From Octopus sinensis (lineage: Eukaryota), in contig NC_043005.1 in NCBI RefSeq assembly GCF_006345805.1, positions 31,310,001 through 31,374,000 of the forward strand: a stretch of 64,000 nt of DNA. The letters run 5' to 3'. The notes under the pieces were generated by a model that saw only the letters and a program-made list of their open reading frames with translations, did no database searches and had not been told where the DNA came from. The position numbers were made by a program, and so were the translations under genes. Of the stretch, positions 1 to 10,982 are shown one piece after another (within the stretch, counting starts at the first letter, position 1; every line of letters starts with the position of its first letter).

Positions 1-1235
1 ATTCCACATTCGAGTTACCTCTATTTCCAGGTCTTTGTATTTTGAAAGTTTCTTAATTTCTTTTAGAGAAACGTTGTCATCTGCTGGTAATGATACATCA
101 ATTAGAAAGCATCTTTTTCTTCATGATCTCTGACAACTATATCAGCCCTATTGGATTTCATTTTTCTATCTGTATGTATTGGCATATTCCAGAGTATAGT
201 TGATTTCTCGTTTTCTGTCACCTTTTCTAGCGTGTGCCTATGCCATCTTTTTTCTGTTATTATTCCATAGTGTCGGCATAGCTTCCAGTGTATGTAGGTC
301 TCAACTCTGTAGTGTCTGTGAATATATTCCTTCTTAGCCAGGACTGGGCAGCCAGAGATAATATGATTTATTGTTTCTTCTTCATCTCCACATATTCTGC
401 AGTTACTTGTTATGTTTCTTTTCATTATATGTTTTTGGTAATTTCTGGTGGGGAGGCTTTGGTCTTGTGATGCAATTAAAAATCCTTCAGTCTCTACTTT
501 GAGTCATGAGCTTCTCAACCATTGCTGGGATTTTTCTCTGTCTATTTCTTTTGCATTTACTTTAGCCCAGTATTTGCCATGAAGAGGCTTTTCTTGCCAT
601 CGTTTTAACATAGTCCGTTGCTGTTCTAGTTTTAGGTTGGGTGTCATATGTTTTATAGCTTTTGGGACGGCTAGAGTGTTGAGACCTATTATCTTGTTTT
701 TCGCATTGAGCTCTGTTTTCAGTATCAATCTAACTCGTTTGTAGTATTATTTTCTTATCTTTTCTTTCACTTGTGTGTGTGGTATCGTATCTAGTATTTC
801 TTATGTCTGGCTTTGGTCTAATTCTCTTATTTCAATGGTTTTATCTAGTGTGATGTTGTTACTCTTAACTAGTTTTCCTCTTTTCGAAGTTACTTTGATA
901 CATTTATCATGTTTAATTCTACTGTCTGTAGTAATGTTTCCAACTGTTTATCATTTGTAGCCTACAGTTTTAGATCACCCACATATAAGAGGTGGCTGAT
1001 TGTTTTGCCGTAACAGTTGTATCCACATTCCAGTTCTGCTTAGCATGTCAGATAAAAGTGTCAGTGCCAAACGGAAAAGTAATGTTTCCAACTGTTTATC
1101 ATTTGTAGCCTACAGTTTTAGATCACCCACATATAAGAGGTGGCTGATTGTTTTGCTAGTTTGTTTCTACCATTTATTTCTACCAACACATGAGAGCGTG
1201 TTTCCCTGGAATATTTCTCTTCTAATGGTTTCTAT
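1..1235 (-). mobile_element. Degraded R4/Dong-like non-LTR retrotransposon (RT domains 4-7, CCHC knuckle, REL endonuclease)
   Basis: Minus-strand peptides: IRREIFQGNTLS (~1235-1200), ISHLLYVGDLKL (RT YxDD region, in a 78-bp segment duplicated at 931-1008 and 1079-1156), LKTELNAKNKI (504..728), CRICGDEEETINHIISGC and RADIVVRD (102..425), LIDVSLPADDNVSLKEIKKLSKYKDLEIEVTRMW (1-100). Stops and frameshifts present; runs off the window edge. Confidence 0.9.
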
Positions 1236-1399
1236 GAGTCCCTTTTTTGTCTGGAGCTTTTATTATTATTATTATTATTATTATTGTTGTTCTTCTTTTT
1301 CTTATTCTTCTTCTTCTTCTTCTATTTTAAAAAGGATTCACGTAATTCTTCACAAAAGTAAGCAGTCAAGACGAAGAGCGCGATTCAAATGTATTAGAT

Positions 1400-2283
1400 G
1401 TTTTATTGGTTTAACGATATTTCAACAGTAAGTCTATCTTCGTGAAGTTCAAAATAAGAGGTGATAAAAATTCAGAATTATAGAAATTTGAATTTAAAGC
1501 ATGAACGAGAGCAACCACACGCTGGTGGAATGACATCATCAGTCTTTAAGTTTCAATTCTATAACAGGCGAAAAGAAAAAGAAAAATACAGGAAAAAGAC
1601 AGAAAAAAAGAAGACGACAGGAAAAGGAAAAGGGAAAAGAAGAATATTTAATCAAACAGTTTTGTATAAATCTGTTGATATTCTCTTGTCATTTTATTCA
1701 TTCATCCAGAAGTGAAAGTGAAGTAGATTCAGAATATTTTCTGAGAATATGCACTTTGAAGTCTTATTCAAAACTGCAGCCGTTTGAAACGAAATGTTCG
1801 GCAAGTTCTGTCAAACTACTGTTGTTATACCTGGTTTCGAATCAGTGCCCATTAAACCTTTTGTTTAATAGTTCTGTCGTACAGCCAACATGAATTTTTT
1901 TCCGTCTCGATATTAAGCGTTCTGTATACTATAATTTTCTTTTCTGCTCGTTCAACTGCTTCTCTTGGCGGTAATATTTTCAGACAATCTCCTTCCTTCT
2001 TGAATTTTTCTAAATTCTTTCTCTCAATGTGGGTCCTTTCAGTTGCATTGCATTCGCAGAAAGGCTTTTGCCCGCCGCCACCGCGTAACTTGCAGGCTCC
2101 ATACTCAACAATGGGTAGAAAAAAAAAACAATTTTCAAATGTTCATCATTAATTGATAACAATATGTTCAACAATAATTTCAATAATTTCCAATAACAAA
2201 ATTCAGCAACTCACTGTACTTCATGCTCTTATCCACAAAATCACAACAGCCAACTCAGAAATCCTCTACTCAACTCCATTCTT
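1400..2283 (-). mobile_element. ORF1-only Tx1-like unit A (degraded)
   Basis: ATG at 2102: MEPASYAVAAGKS, then after a frameshift EKFKKEGDCLKILPPREAVERAEKKIIVYRTLNIETEK, homologous to the ORFs at 4649 and 7625. Starts with gaatggagttgagtaga like unit C; ends near ccaataaaac at ~1400. Confidence 0.65.
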
Positions 2284-2462
2284 TCTTTATTTGGCACCAT
2301 GGCCACTAACGCAGAGGGGGATACTACAAGGACAGACACAACACCACAGTGGGGACATTAAACATAAAACGAATGAGGATGAATGTTATATAAAAATGGA
2401 AAAAATGAAATGGCTGCATGGGCCCCACTCCCATGAAGTACCATTTGAACGTTTATACACAC
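2283..2462 (-). repeat. 3' UTR/tail of the Tx1-like family (copy closing the gypsy fragment)
   Basis: Roughly 90% identical by eye to 4140-4316. Contains ggagtggggccc...gccatttcatttt, gtctgtccttgt...cccctctg and an AATAAA signal. Confidence 0.75.
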
Positions 2463-4108
2463 GTTTCTTCTGGGTTTGGAAGCGGATATTTGTAATTTTT
2501 TAAACAATCATTAAGACCAGTTGAAAAGTCCGCACATACTCTTACCTCGTTGTTCTTTTTTATATATACCGTAGGAGCCGCCCACTCAGAGTAGTCTACT
2601 TTTTAAATTATTTCCATGTCTTCCAATCTTTTTAATTCCTTCTCAACTTGATTTAACGCCGCAAAAGGTACATTCCTTTTCGATTAGAACACCGGCACTG
2701 CATTTTCTTTCAACTCAAACTTTACTTTAATTTTTTTACACCTACCAAGGTCTTTCGAAAACATATCAGGGTACATCTTTTTCAATTTTAATTTCATTTA
2801 TTTCCGATGTTTTCTCTGACACAGACTGTGACGCATTCACCTTGTTACATAATGCATTCAGTGATAGATCCCACGGGTCGAATCCTTCCATTAAATCTGT
2901 CCCGAACAGTTTCATTGTATTCTTTGATACCATTAGTTTACATTTTCGCGTCCTATTTTAAAGTTTTATTTCTGGTGAAATTTCGCCCAAGAATTGAACT
3001 CGTTCCCCTGACACATAGCAGGCTATCCTTGTAGTTTTTTTATACAACGGCCTGCCTATCTTACTCTATGTTGCCGTATTTATTATCGATACGTCTGAAC
3101 CGGTATCTAATTGCATTTCGGTCTGAAACCCATTTATTTCTACCAACACAAATTTTCGGTTTTGTCTGGTATAATTTACTTTTGTTGAGTAGACTTTCTT
3201 CTGTTTTACCATTTTCTTTGACCGGCATTTAGCCTGTATATGTCCAATTTTACCACAATTAAAACAAGCTTTATCTTTAAAGGGGCAACCTTTCCTCAAA
3301 TATCGATCTCCGCAACCATAGCACCGTTTTGAATTTAAATTTCTCCTTCTTTCTGTACTTTCTTTACACATTTGTACATTATTATTCTTGTCTTCTATCT
3401 TTCTTGTATCATCTCGAAGGTTTATTATTTGTTGGCGTTCCTCAGCCACATTCTGCAAAGTGAGTTTCACATCTTGATTCAACTTTGATAATATTCTTTT
3501 TCTAATTTCCGCGTCTTCCGTTGCCACTAGCCCTTTAACGAATATTAGGCACTTGAACATATCTGGCGTTAATTCTTCCCGCTTAAACCTTTCGCAAACC
3601 TTATTAACAATACCGGCATATGTTACAAAATCATCGGACTCGTTTTCTTTAAATTTAAACATTGCCATCGAATGTTAAACTGCGAACTTTTCTTGCTAAA
3701 AATATTAGTCAAAATATTTATCGTTTCATCAAAACATAATTCCGCGGGCTTTCTCGGCAAAATAAAGTTACAAAATCTTTCGTGTTCCGGAGTAGCAAGC
3801 TTTTGCAAAAGGAGTCTTACCTTCCTTTGACTAGCCCATCCCTTGAATTCCTCTCGGAATCGTCTGTAATATGCAGCAAAAGTAGTTCCTTCATCCGGAC
3901 TGTAGTGAAATTCTTCGATGGAATTTGCAACACCATTTGCTGAAAATGATTCTGTCGTATTTCTCAACAGCAGTAACAATTCTGTTGACTTCTGTAGTTG
4001 TTGTTGCTGCTGATGCTCTTGTTGTTTTACAACTGCTTTCAGTAACTCTTCCATTTCGGTACTATTCGAAAGCTCGTCGCCACTGTTATGTTGCACGTTC
4101 GAATGACC
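2463..4108 (-). mobile_element. Internally deleted Ty3/gypsy fragment (LTR-like end, PBS, gag, protease, RT N-terminus)
   Basis: Minus strand ...cataaca-g-TGGCGACGAG (PBS-like, 4082-4073); gag ORFs 3623..4117 and 3066..3668 with CFNCGKIGHIQAKC; protease LDTGSDVSII; RT start VPFAALNQVEKELKRLE...WAAP...VRVCADFSTGLNDCLKNYKYPLPNPEE, which stops abruptly at 2463. Confidence 0.88.
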
Positions 4109-4117
4109 TCTACTCAA
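3066..4117 (-). pseudogene. Frameshifted gypsy gag-protease reading frame
   Basis: Two overlapping ORFs (3623..4117, 3066..3668) join into gag (FEEF...LLLQKL...HERFCNFILP), zinc knuckles and the aspartic protease motif DTG. Confidence 0.8.
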
Positions 4118-4468
4118 CTCAACTCAATTCTATTCTTTCTATATTGGCACCATGGCCACTAACACAGAGGGGGACACTACAAGGACAGACACAACACCAC
4201 AGTGGGGACATTAAACATAAAACGAATGAGAACAAATGTTATATAAAAATGGAAAAAAATGAAATGGCTGCATGGGCCCCACTCCTATGCAGTACTATTT
4301 GAACGTTTATACACACTATATTACAATCGTGCTATTTTGTCTATTGTTTTTCCTTAATCATCTTTTCTTTATCTATTTTTTCTTCGAAACACTTTTACTT
4401 TATCCTTTCTTTTTTCCTTTTAATACCTCATATAAGGCTCTACGTCTCTGAGTTCAACTACTGGTGGC

Positions 4469-6205
4469 TGTTCAGACGTGTTTGTTTTTTGAGCTCGTGT
4501 GGTGAAGACGTTATGTCTTTTGTGTGAAAAAAATGTGAAAAGTTGTAAAAAAATGTCGTAGAGAGAACAAATTGCGCGAGGCGCTTGCTGCTGCTTGCCG
4601 TTCTTTTTTTCTCATTTAAGGTGAAAGAAAAACCGTCGTCCCTCCGTCATGGATACCTGTGCGAGGGTTGTTGCAACAAGAAGTGTCGCATCACTGGGTT
4701 TTAAAAAGAATGTTACAACTGATAAAGAAGAAATACAGAGATGCGAACAGTACGTGAGAAGGGATGGAGAAAGCATTAAGCTGATCCCTCCAGCAGAAAC
4801 AACAGGGGATAAAAACCTAAAAACGATTATATATAAAACTCAAGATATGAACACAAAGAAAATAGTATTGATATCAGAAGAAGAAATAGAAAAGTGTCTC
4901 GGAAACGTAATGTTAAGAGCAACTTATGTTGGCAGAGGGAAGAAGTTCGGTACGGTGGAGGTGAGGTTTGCCACAAGTGAAGAGGCGGCCTCGCTATCCA
5001 CCGCTATCTTAAGAACAGAAAGGTTTACAATGTTACCCACTTATAAAGGAAGAAGTATCAAGGTTAAGATTCCGAGTATACCACCGGAAATAAAAACAGA
5101 ATGGCTGGTGGCTGCGATTCTAGGGTCTACAAAAGACGAACCCGAACTGGGTCCAGTTACTGAAACCAATACGGTGAACTGGCGTGGATTAGGAGTCGAA
5201 ATGTATCTTACAGCCACAACAGAAGACATAGAGAGAATCCCCTTCCAGATCGAAGCTGAAAATGAACCGACGATAAACATTATTGTCGAAGGAAGGAGAT
5301 CCAGTTGTTATCTGTGCGGAACAAGAGGGCATATAAGGACTGAGTGTCCATTATATGAATTTACACAAAGTAAAGAGACAACAGAAAAGGAACAAAAAGA
5401 GCAAAAGAAAGAACAGAGACAGGAGAAAGTCCAAACAGAAGAAAAAAGTTAAGAAAAAATAGTACACTGAAAGAGAAAGAAAATAAGAAAGACAACAAGA
5501 AGAGAGAAATGGAAAAACCAAAAGAAGAGAGCAAAGGAGCTACCAGTCCCAAAGGTAGAAAAAGATCGAAAACGAGGGAACACTCAGTGGAAAACAAAGG
5601 TAATGATACGTTTAAATTTTATGGAGCATTTTTATTTACAAGAGCTCCTATGAAATGGAGAAACAAGGATCGAGAATGAAGGGAGTAACAAGAGTAAGGA
5701 TGGGAACCAAGTATAACGAAGATGAGATTGGTGTTTTAGTACATGCGGACAGTTACGCCAATTTCATCGAGGTCACCAGAAAGAATATACTAGAATTCCC
5801 GTAATGGATTATGAGGAGCTGAAAAGAAAAATAGACTATCTCTGAAATTTATGGAAAAGTGGAAAAAGTGCCGAAAAACACTGTTCGTGAAATTTATTTT
5901 TTTTGAAATTTCTATGAAATTTATTTTTTGTAAATTTTGCGAACTTCAGTTGTAATTGTGAAATTGATATGTAATTTTGTAAAATTCAGTTGTAATTTTG
6001 AGAAAATCAATTAAAAGACTGACAAAATGAAAGACTGACCACTCCACTTCGGGGTCGAGTGGGCATTGCGCCTCATTATAATATCTTATCATAATTCATT
6101 CTTTTTGTAATTTCTTCGTCTTTATTCATCCTCTTTTGTTATTTTATGTTCCCCGATTGTACCGTCCCCATCTATGTATAGTTCTTTATGGATAATAAAA
6201 AAAAC
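4469..6205 (+). mobile_element. ORF1-only Tx1-like unit B (~1.74 kb) with target-site duplication
   Basis: Flanked by ctactggtggc(t/a)gttca at 4458-4474 and 6206-6222. Contains a 5' UTR, ORF1 4649..5452, K/E tail and a 3' UTR ending gataataaaaaaaac. No endonuclease or RT sequence. Confidence 0.8.
4649..5452 (+). CDS. Gag-like ORF1 of Tx1/L1-clade type (RRM-like region plus CCHC zinc knuckle)
   Basis: 267 aa ORF: RGKKFGTVEVRFATSEEA (RRM-like), KVKIPSIPPEI, CYLCGTRGHIRTEC (CX2CX4HX4C), followed by a K/E/Q-rich tail. Confidence 0.75.
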   Translation: MDTCARVVATRSVASLGFKKNVTTDKEEIQRCEQYVRRDGESIKLIPPAETTGDKNLKTIIYKTQDMNTKKIVLISEEEIEKCLGNVMLRATYVGRGKKFGTVEVRFATSEEAASLSTAILRTERFTMLPTYKGRSIKVKIPSIPPEIKTEWLVAAILGSTKDEPELGPVTETNTVNWRGLGVEMYLTATTEDIERIPFQIEAENEPTINIIVEGRRSSCYLCGTRGHIRTECPLYEFTQSKETTEKEQKEQKKEQRQEKVQTEEKS

Positions 6206-6623
6206 CTACTGGTGGCAGTTCATCGAACTCCACCAACATTCGGCGGGTCAATCTTGTTTCCGCACATGTTTACTAGTCTATTGTATATGTCTTTGTCGAC
6301 CCCAATGGCCTTTATATTTTCTGAGTATACATCCGTGGGTAACTTCACTCTTATGATATTTTAAAATTTTACAATTTTTCTTTCCACCTCTTTGTTTTTT
6401 GCATATGTTACGAAGTTCCATTTATGTTTTCCTCTTCTTGGATTTCTCTTTTCTGCTTCCATTTCTGATGCTTTTTCCTTTTCTGTCTCTCCTTTGAACA
6501 ATGTCCCTACATCACACTCATCTTCTATTTCTGGTACTTTTTCTTTCTCTGTCTCTACTCTGAACAATTTCTCATGTAGTTGCACTCCTGAATCTTTCCC
6601 CTTCGCCAAATCAACCGACGTCT

Positions 6624-7625
6624 TCAAAACTGCTTCCTCCTTCTGTAACTCATTCTCGCAACTTTACCAATTATCTTTTCACTTTCTTTCTCCACCACCC
6701 TTTTGTCTTCCTTCCTTCTGGTCGCATCTTTCCTTTCAACCTCTTCTGTCTTCTTTTTCTGGTTACCTGTCAGCGGGCTCACTCTTCCGCTTCTCTTTTT
6801 TCTTTCTACTACCGTGAATCCTTCCTCCGTTGTTTTCTTTTCCATCTCCACCTGTACTACCTGTTCCGTACTTTCCTGTTTCTCCTTCTGTTCTCTCTGT
6901 GGGAACCTCGCCTTCATGTGGTCTTTCTCTCCACATTCAAAACATACAGGCGGCCTGCCCTCCACCTTCATTCTCAGTCTCAAGTCGTCGGGTAGCACTA
7001 TCTCCTCAGCAATCCTATTCAAATCCTCTACTGTTGCCTGGATAGTGAGCTCGATCCCATATCCCCAGTAATTGAGTCTATTAGTCCTTGTGGCTTTCAG
7101 TATTTTGGCCCCGTCCTTCATGTTGAACATTATGGCTGTCATCAGCCACGTTTCCTCTAGTTCTGGGGGTACTTTGTCTACTCGCACTCTGACGACACGT
7201 TTGCCACAGTACAACGGCAAAAGTACCCACTCCTCCGATCTTATTGCCTCAGCTGCGTGCTTGATTGCCTCTTCCTCTGCCGCAAAGCGCACCTCCACGG
7301 TGGAATACTTCCTTCCTCTTGTTATAAAAGTTGTCAACTTTTTAATGCTTTTTAATACCTCTTCGATTTCCTCCACTGTCGCAATCTCTATCTTTCTCGT
7401 TGCTATTTTCATTGTTTTACATGTAACTGTTCGTCTCATTACATTGTTTGTCAGCTCTGCAGGTGGCGTCAACTTCAACGTCTCCCCATCCTTCTCCAGC
7501 AACTTTTCACATGCCTTCATTTTCCTTGGTTCGACCTTAATTTCGATTATCTCCAACGTTTTCTCTTCAGATCCTTTTCCAGTTGCGACCGCATAACTGT
7601 GGCGGCCCGCTGGCGTTTTCTCCAT
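6624..7625 (-). CDS. Gag-like ORF1 of Tx1/L1-clade type
   Basis: 333 aa ORF: SYAVATG, RGRKYSTVEVRFAAEEEA, RVRVDKVPPEL, CFECGEKDHMKARF (last knuckle Cys lost). Clearly homologous to 4649..5452. Confidence 0.75.
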   Translation of the reverse strand: MEKTPAGRHSYAVATGKGSEEKTLEIIEIKVEPRKMKACEKLLEKDGETLKLTPPAELTNNVMRRTVTCKTMKIATRKIEIATVEEIEEVLKSIKKLTTFITRGRKYSTVEVRFAAEEEAIKHAAEAIRSEEWVLLPLYCGKRVVRVRVDKVPPELEETWLMTAIMFNMKDGAKILKATRTNRLNYWGYGIELTIQATVEDLNRIAEEIVLPDDLRLRMKVEGRPPVCFECGEKDHMKARFPQREQKEKQESTEQVVQVEMEKKTTEEGFTVVERKKRSGRVSPLTGNQKKKTEEVERKDATRRKEDKRVVEKESEKIIGKVARMSYRRRKQF

Positions 7626-7829
7626 TTTTCCCTCAATAGGAAAAAATAAAACAACAGCAATTTACTATATCAACAATGAAACAGCAATAAACGAACAATT
7701 ATTTAACGCTCTACTCACAAAAAAACACTCCGTCATCAGCAACTCAACTCCAAAAATAACGTTCTGACTTCTACTCAACTCCATTCTCGACGTAAGACTT
7801 CTCCCTCTATATCTACGTATTGGGATAGC

Positions 7830-9250
7830 CTATTTCATCGTCTGGGGGCATCCATACGACAAAGCCAAACACCAGAAACGTCTATGGCTTACCAAAAATA
7901 CACAAGTCGAAAGAAATTCAACATGTAGAAAGGAACAAGAAAGTGAGTACATATTACATATTACACCCAAAATACCTAAAACTTTTTAAAACCATTATGT
8001 AACCACTAAAACATTTTGAACTACTAAAGCATTTTGAAACCAGCAGTATCATCCGGGATGACATTGACGCCCTATCCCACCTTCTCAAAACAACGGAATC
8101 GAAAACACTTTTAGTTTTGATGTAGTAAGCCTTTACCCTAATATTCCACATGATTTAGGAATAAAGGCGATTAAATACTGAGTGATAAAACATAGAGATG
8201 TCATTCTCAGTAGATTCACCATGCCATTTATTTATATTAGTTGCAGTCAAACTTATCCTTGAAAATAACACATTCTTTTTCAATGGAAAGGATTACATCC
8301 AAGTCAGGGGCATAGCGATGGCAACGAAATTTGCTCCCGTTTATGTGAACTTCGTAATAGGATACTTAGAAAAATAACTCTATTAAAGAGTAGAGGAAAA
8401 CTACGGCACTGAATTTAATCGGGACAAAGTCTCTAGATAATCTGGAAAAATTTGACATCCTCCTGAACAATCTGCACCCAACTCTCCAATTTACAAAGGA
8501 GATGAGTTGTACCGAATTACAATTTCTTGACATAATGGTAATTAAAAGTTACACCACCATCACCACTGATATATACTGTAAACACACAGACAGGCATCAA
8601 AACCTGACCTTTAAATCGTGCCATCCAACATATACAAAACGCATATTACATACTGCCTAGCCAGAAAAAATTGTGTATCATTGGTGAAGATGTAAATACC
8701 GTGCCAGCAAAATATCTTTAGCATTGCCAAAGCAAACTTGCCAATCATTGTTCAAAGTAAGGAATTAAAGGATATAATCATGGATCGGGCTATGATTCTA
8801 AGTAAGAGACAGCCAAAGAACTTGAGACAATTATTAACAAAGGCAAAGTTTGACCTAAACAACAATGATGAATTATTCGAAATTCAATAATAACTAATGT
8901 GGTAAATGTCAGTTCATACATACCGGTCAATATATAAACGCAATAACTGGAAGAATATTTACAAATGCAAATATGAATCGCAAAAGTAAAGATTAAATTT
9001 ACTGCATCAAATGCCCAAATGGTAAAGAGACATACGTTAGTCAGACTAGAAATGCATTATCGGAACGTTCGTGTGTGTTCCGACAACAAATTAGTGATCC
9101 TGGTGCCCGTCAAATACCTTTAATGTGGTCAGAAAAAGTTTATAATATTTCCATTCTACAAACTACACAACTCAAGTGAAACTGAGAGAAAAGTCAGAGA
9201 AAATAATTTTATTGATAAATTCAAATCTGTTCTAAATGGACGGTGATAAT
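7830..9250 (+). mobile_element. Degraded Penelope-like element (RT plus GIY-YIG)
   Basis: NVYGLPKIHK (~7880), VSFDVVSLYPNIPHDLGIKAI (~8110), YIQVRGIAMATKFAP (~8300), FLDIMV...TDIYCKHTD (~8530), LIYCIKCPNGKETYVSQTRNALSER (~9000). Many disablements. Confidence 0.85.
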
Positions 9251-9654
9251 TATAATGATGATGGTGATAATAGTAATAAGTACTACTGATATTACTACTG
9301 CTACCACCGCCACCACTATCAACAATAATAGTGGAGGATGAACTCGAGTGAAATGTAAAAATTTCTGGAGTAACAATAGAATTCAATGTTGTTTACATTT
9401 CAAAATATAGCCAAACAATTCTTCCTTTAGCACTCAAAGTAAAGTATCCTTGACGTGCCTATCAAACCGTGACGTCTATGTTACATACTTATTCGTTGAA
9501 ATACAGTTAGGACTTACTTGGCGCACTCACCAATCCGTGACGTCTAAGTCACATCCTGATTTGTCAAAATACAGTTCGTAAGATTAAGCCTGCTGGAGTC
9601 CACCGGAGGGTATTTAAAGGATAAATCTGACCATTTCGCTACAAGACTTAAAGG

Positions 9655-9778
9655 GTTTTAGTCGAAGAAATCGACCCCAGTACTTATTCATTGTAAGCCT
9701 AGTACATATTTTATCGGTCATTTTTGCCGAACCGCTAAGTTACAGGGATGTAAACACATCAACATCAATTGTCAAGCG
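9655..9778 (-). mobile_element. SINE fragment (family 2, 3' part)
   Basis: Matches 14150-14270 (aaatcgacccc...gccgaaccgctaag...gtcaagcg). Confidence 0.75.
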
Positions 9779-9909
9779 TGCGCACACGCACGCGCTCGCA
9801 CGCACACGCACACACACATATATATATAGGGAGAATTCACAAAAAAAAAACGAAGACAGGTGGTGCAGACAACAAACAGATATACATACATACACACACA
9901 CACACACAC

Positions 9910-9944
<35 letters not shown>

Positions 9945-10146
9945 TAATGGTGTCATTGAAACCCAAAGGTGTCAGGTAATGCTGAATAAGTGCTATAGAG
10001 AGACCATAGCTAAGTTTCAGATTTGGTGATATTGCGAATAAAGGGTTCAACGTTGGTTCTATGTCAGCGTGTATATATGAATTTTTCGCGTAATGAGATA
10101 AAAAAAACCAAGGCTGTATAGATATTAGAGCATTTATAGATAGAAG

Positions 10147-10201
10147 GTCTTACAGCTGTTTCTAGAATATTAATTAATAATAATATCCCTTCATCGGAGA
10201 C
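10147..10201 (-). ncRNA. Type I hammerhead-like motif (variant core CCGAUGA)
   Basis: gtct-CCGATGA-a-gggatatt/aatattct-a-GAAAC-agct-GTA-agac. Stem I 4 bp, palindromic stem III. The mirror copy at 11860-11914 has core CCAAUGA. Confidence 0.55.
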
Positions 10202-10762
10202 GGTGTGAGAGAAAAAATTAAGTCATAGTTAGTTTCGATATGATACAAATAGAGAATGAGGTGGAGGAAAGAAAATTGATGTAAGATATGTATGGTTATT
10301 GAGTTCATAAATCCGTTTTATAGGCATAATGGTATATATGTGTAATATTCCAATATCCTTTGAGTAAAATCCAAAAGTCCAACAGAGTTTAATATGAGTC
10401 CATCCAGATGTAAAGTTTATAAGCAATGTAAGATTCTCTTAAAGTTGGTCATTCCCAGTAGGGAATTTATATAGAATGTAGCAGATTCGAGGTTGTGTTT
10501 AAACTGACCTAGAAATAGGGAGTGTATTAGTTTGGTCAAATAGAAAACAGGAAGAGAGGAATGACAAAGAAGGAAAAAAAGGAAAGATAAGAGGAGGAGA
10601 GAAAGAAAGAATTAAAGAGAAAGAAGAAAGAAGATTAGTAAAAACAAAAATAAATAATAAAACCCCTGAAGGTATATGAATAAAGAGAATAAGGAAAAGA
10701 AAAAAGAAAAATTAAGATATAGGTTGGTTAGTGGAGGTAGTTTGAAAGTAGGAGTGGGGATA

Positions 10763-10982
10763 CAGAGAAAGGTTAGCACGCCGGGCGAAATGCGTAGCCG
10801 TATTTCGTCTGTCGTTACGTTCCGAGTTCAAATTCCGCCGAGGTCAACTTTGCCTTTCATCCTTTCGGGGTCGATAAATTAAGTACCAGTTACGCACTGG
10901 AATCGATGTAATCGACTTAATCCCTTTGTCTGTCCTTGTTTGTCCCCTCTGTGTTTAGCCCCTTGTGGGTAGTAAAGAAATA
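10763..10982 (+). mobile_element. tRNA-derived SINE, family 1
   Basis: B-box-like gagttcaaattcc, central gcctttcatcctttcggggtcgataaattaagtaccag, tail gtctgtccttgtttgtcccctctgtgtttagccccttgtgggtagtaaagaaa. Confidence 0.9.

Larger units (their letters stand above)
4140..7788 (-). mobile_element. ORF1-only Tx1-like unit C, interrupted by unit B
   Basis: 5' motif gaatggagttgagtaga (~7787-7771); ORF1 7625..6624 with a frameshifted K/E-rich tail (6361..6627). Its C-terminal part continues across the unit B insertion (...DELPPV|VELRDVEPYMRY) into the 3' UTR at 4316-4140. Confidence 0.75.

Noticed and set aside
931-1156. Perfect 78-bp direct repeat as a regulatory or TSD feature
   Set aside because: It is an internal duplication of the RT-coding segment of the R4/Dong-like remnant.
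4084-4325. Conventional LTR pair around the gypsy fragment
   Set aside because: The repeat is homologous to the 3' tails at 6050-6200, 44070-44230 and 46062-46200 and is continuous with unit C. The second copy lacks both LTR termini. Kept only as an alternative in the findings.
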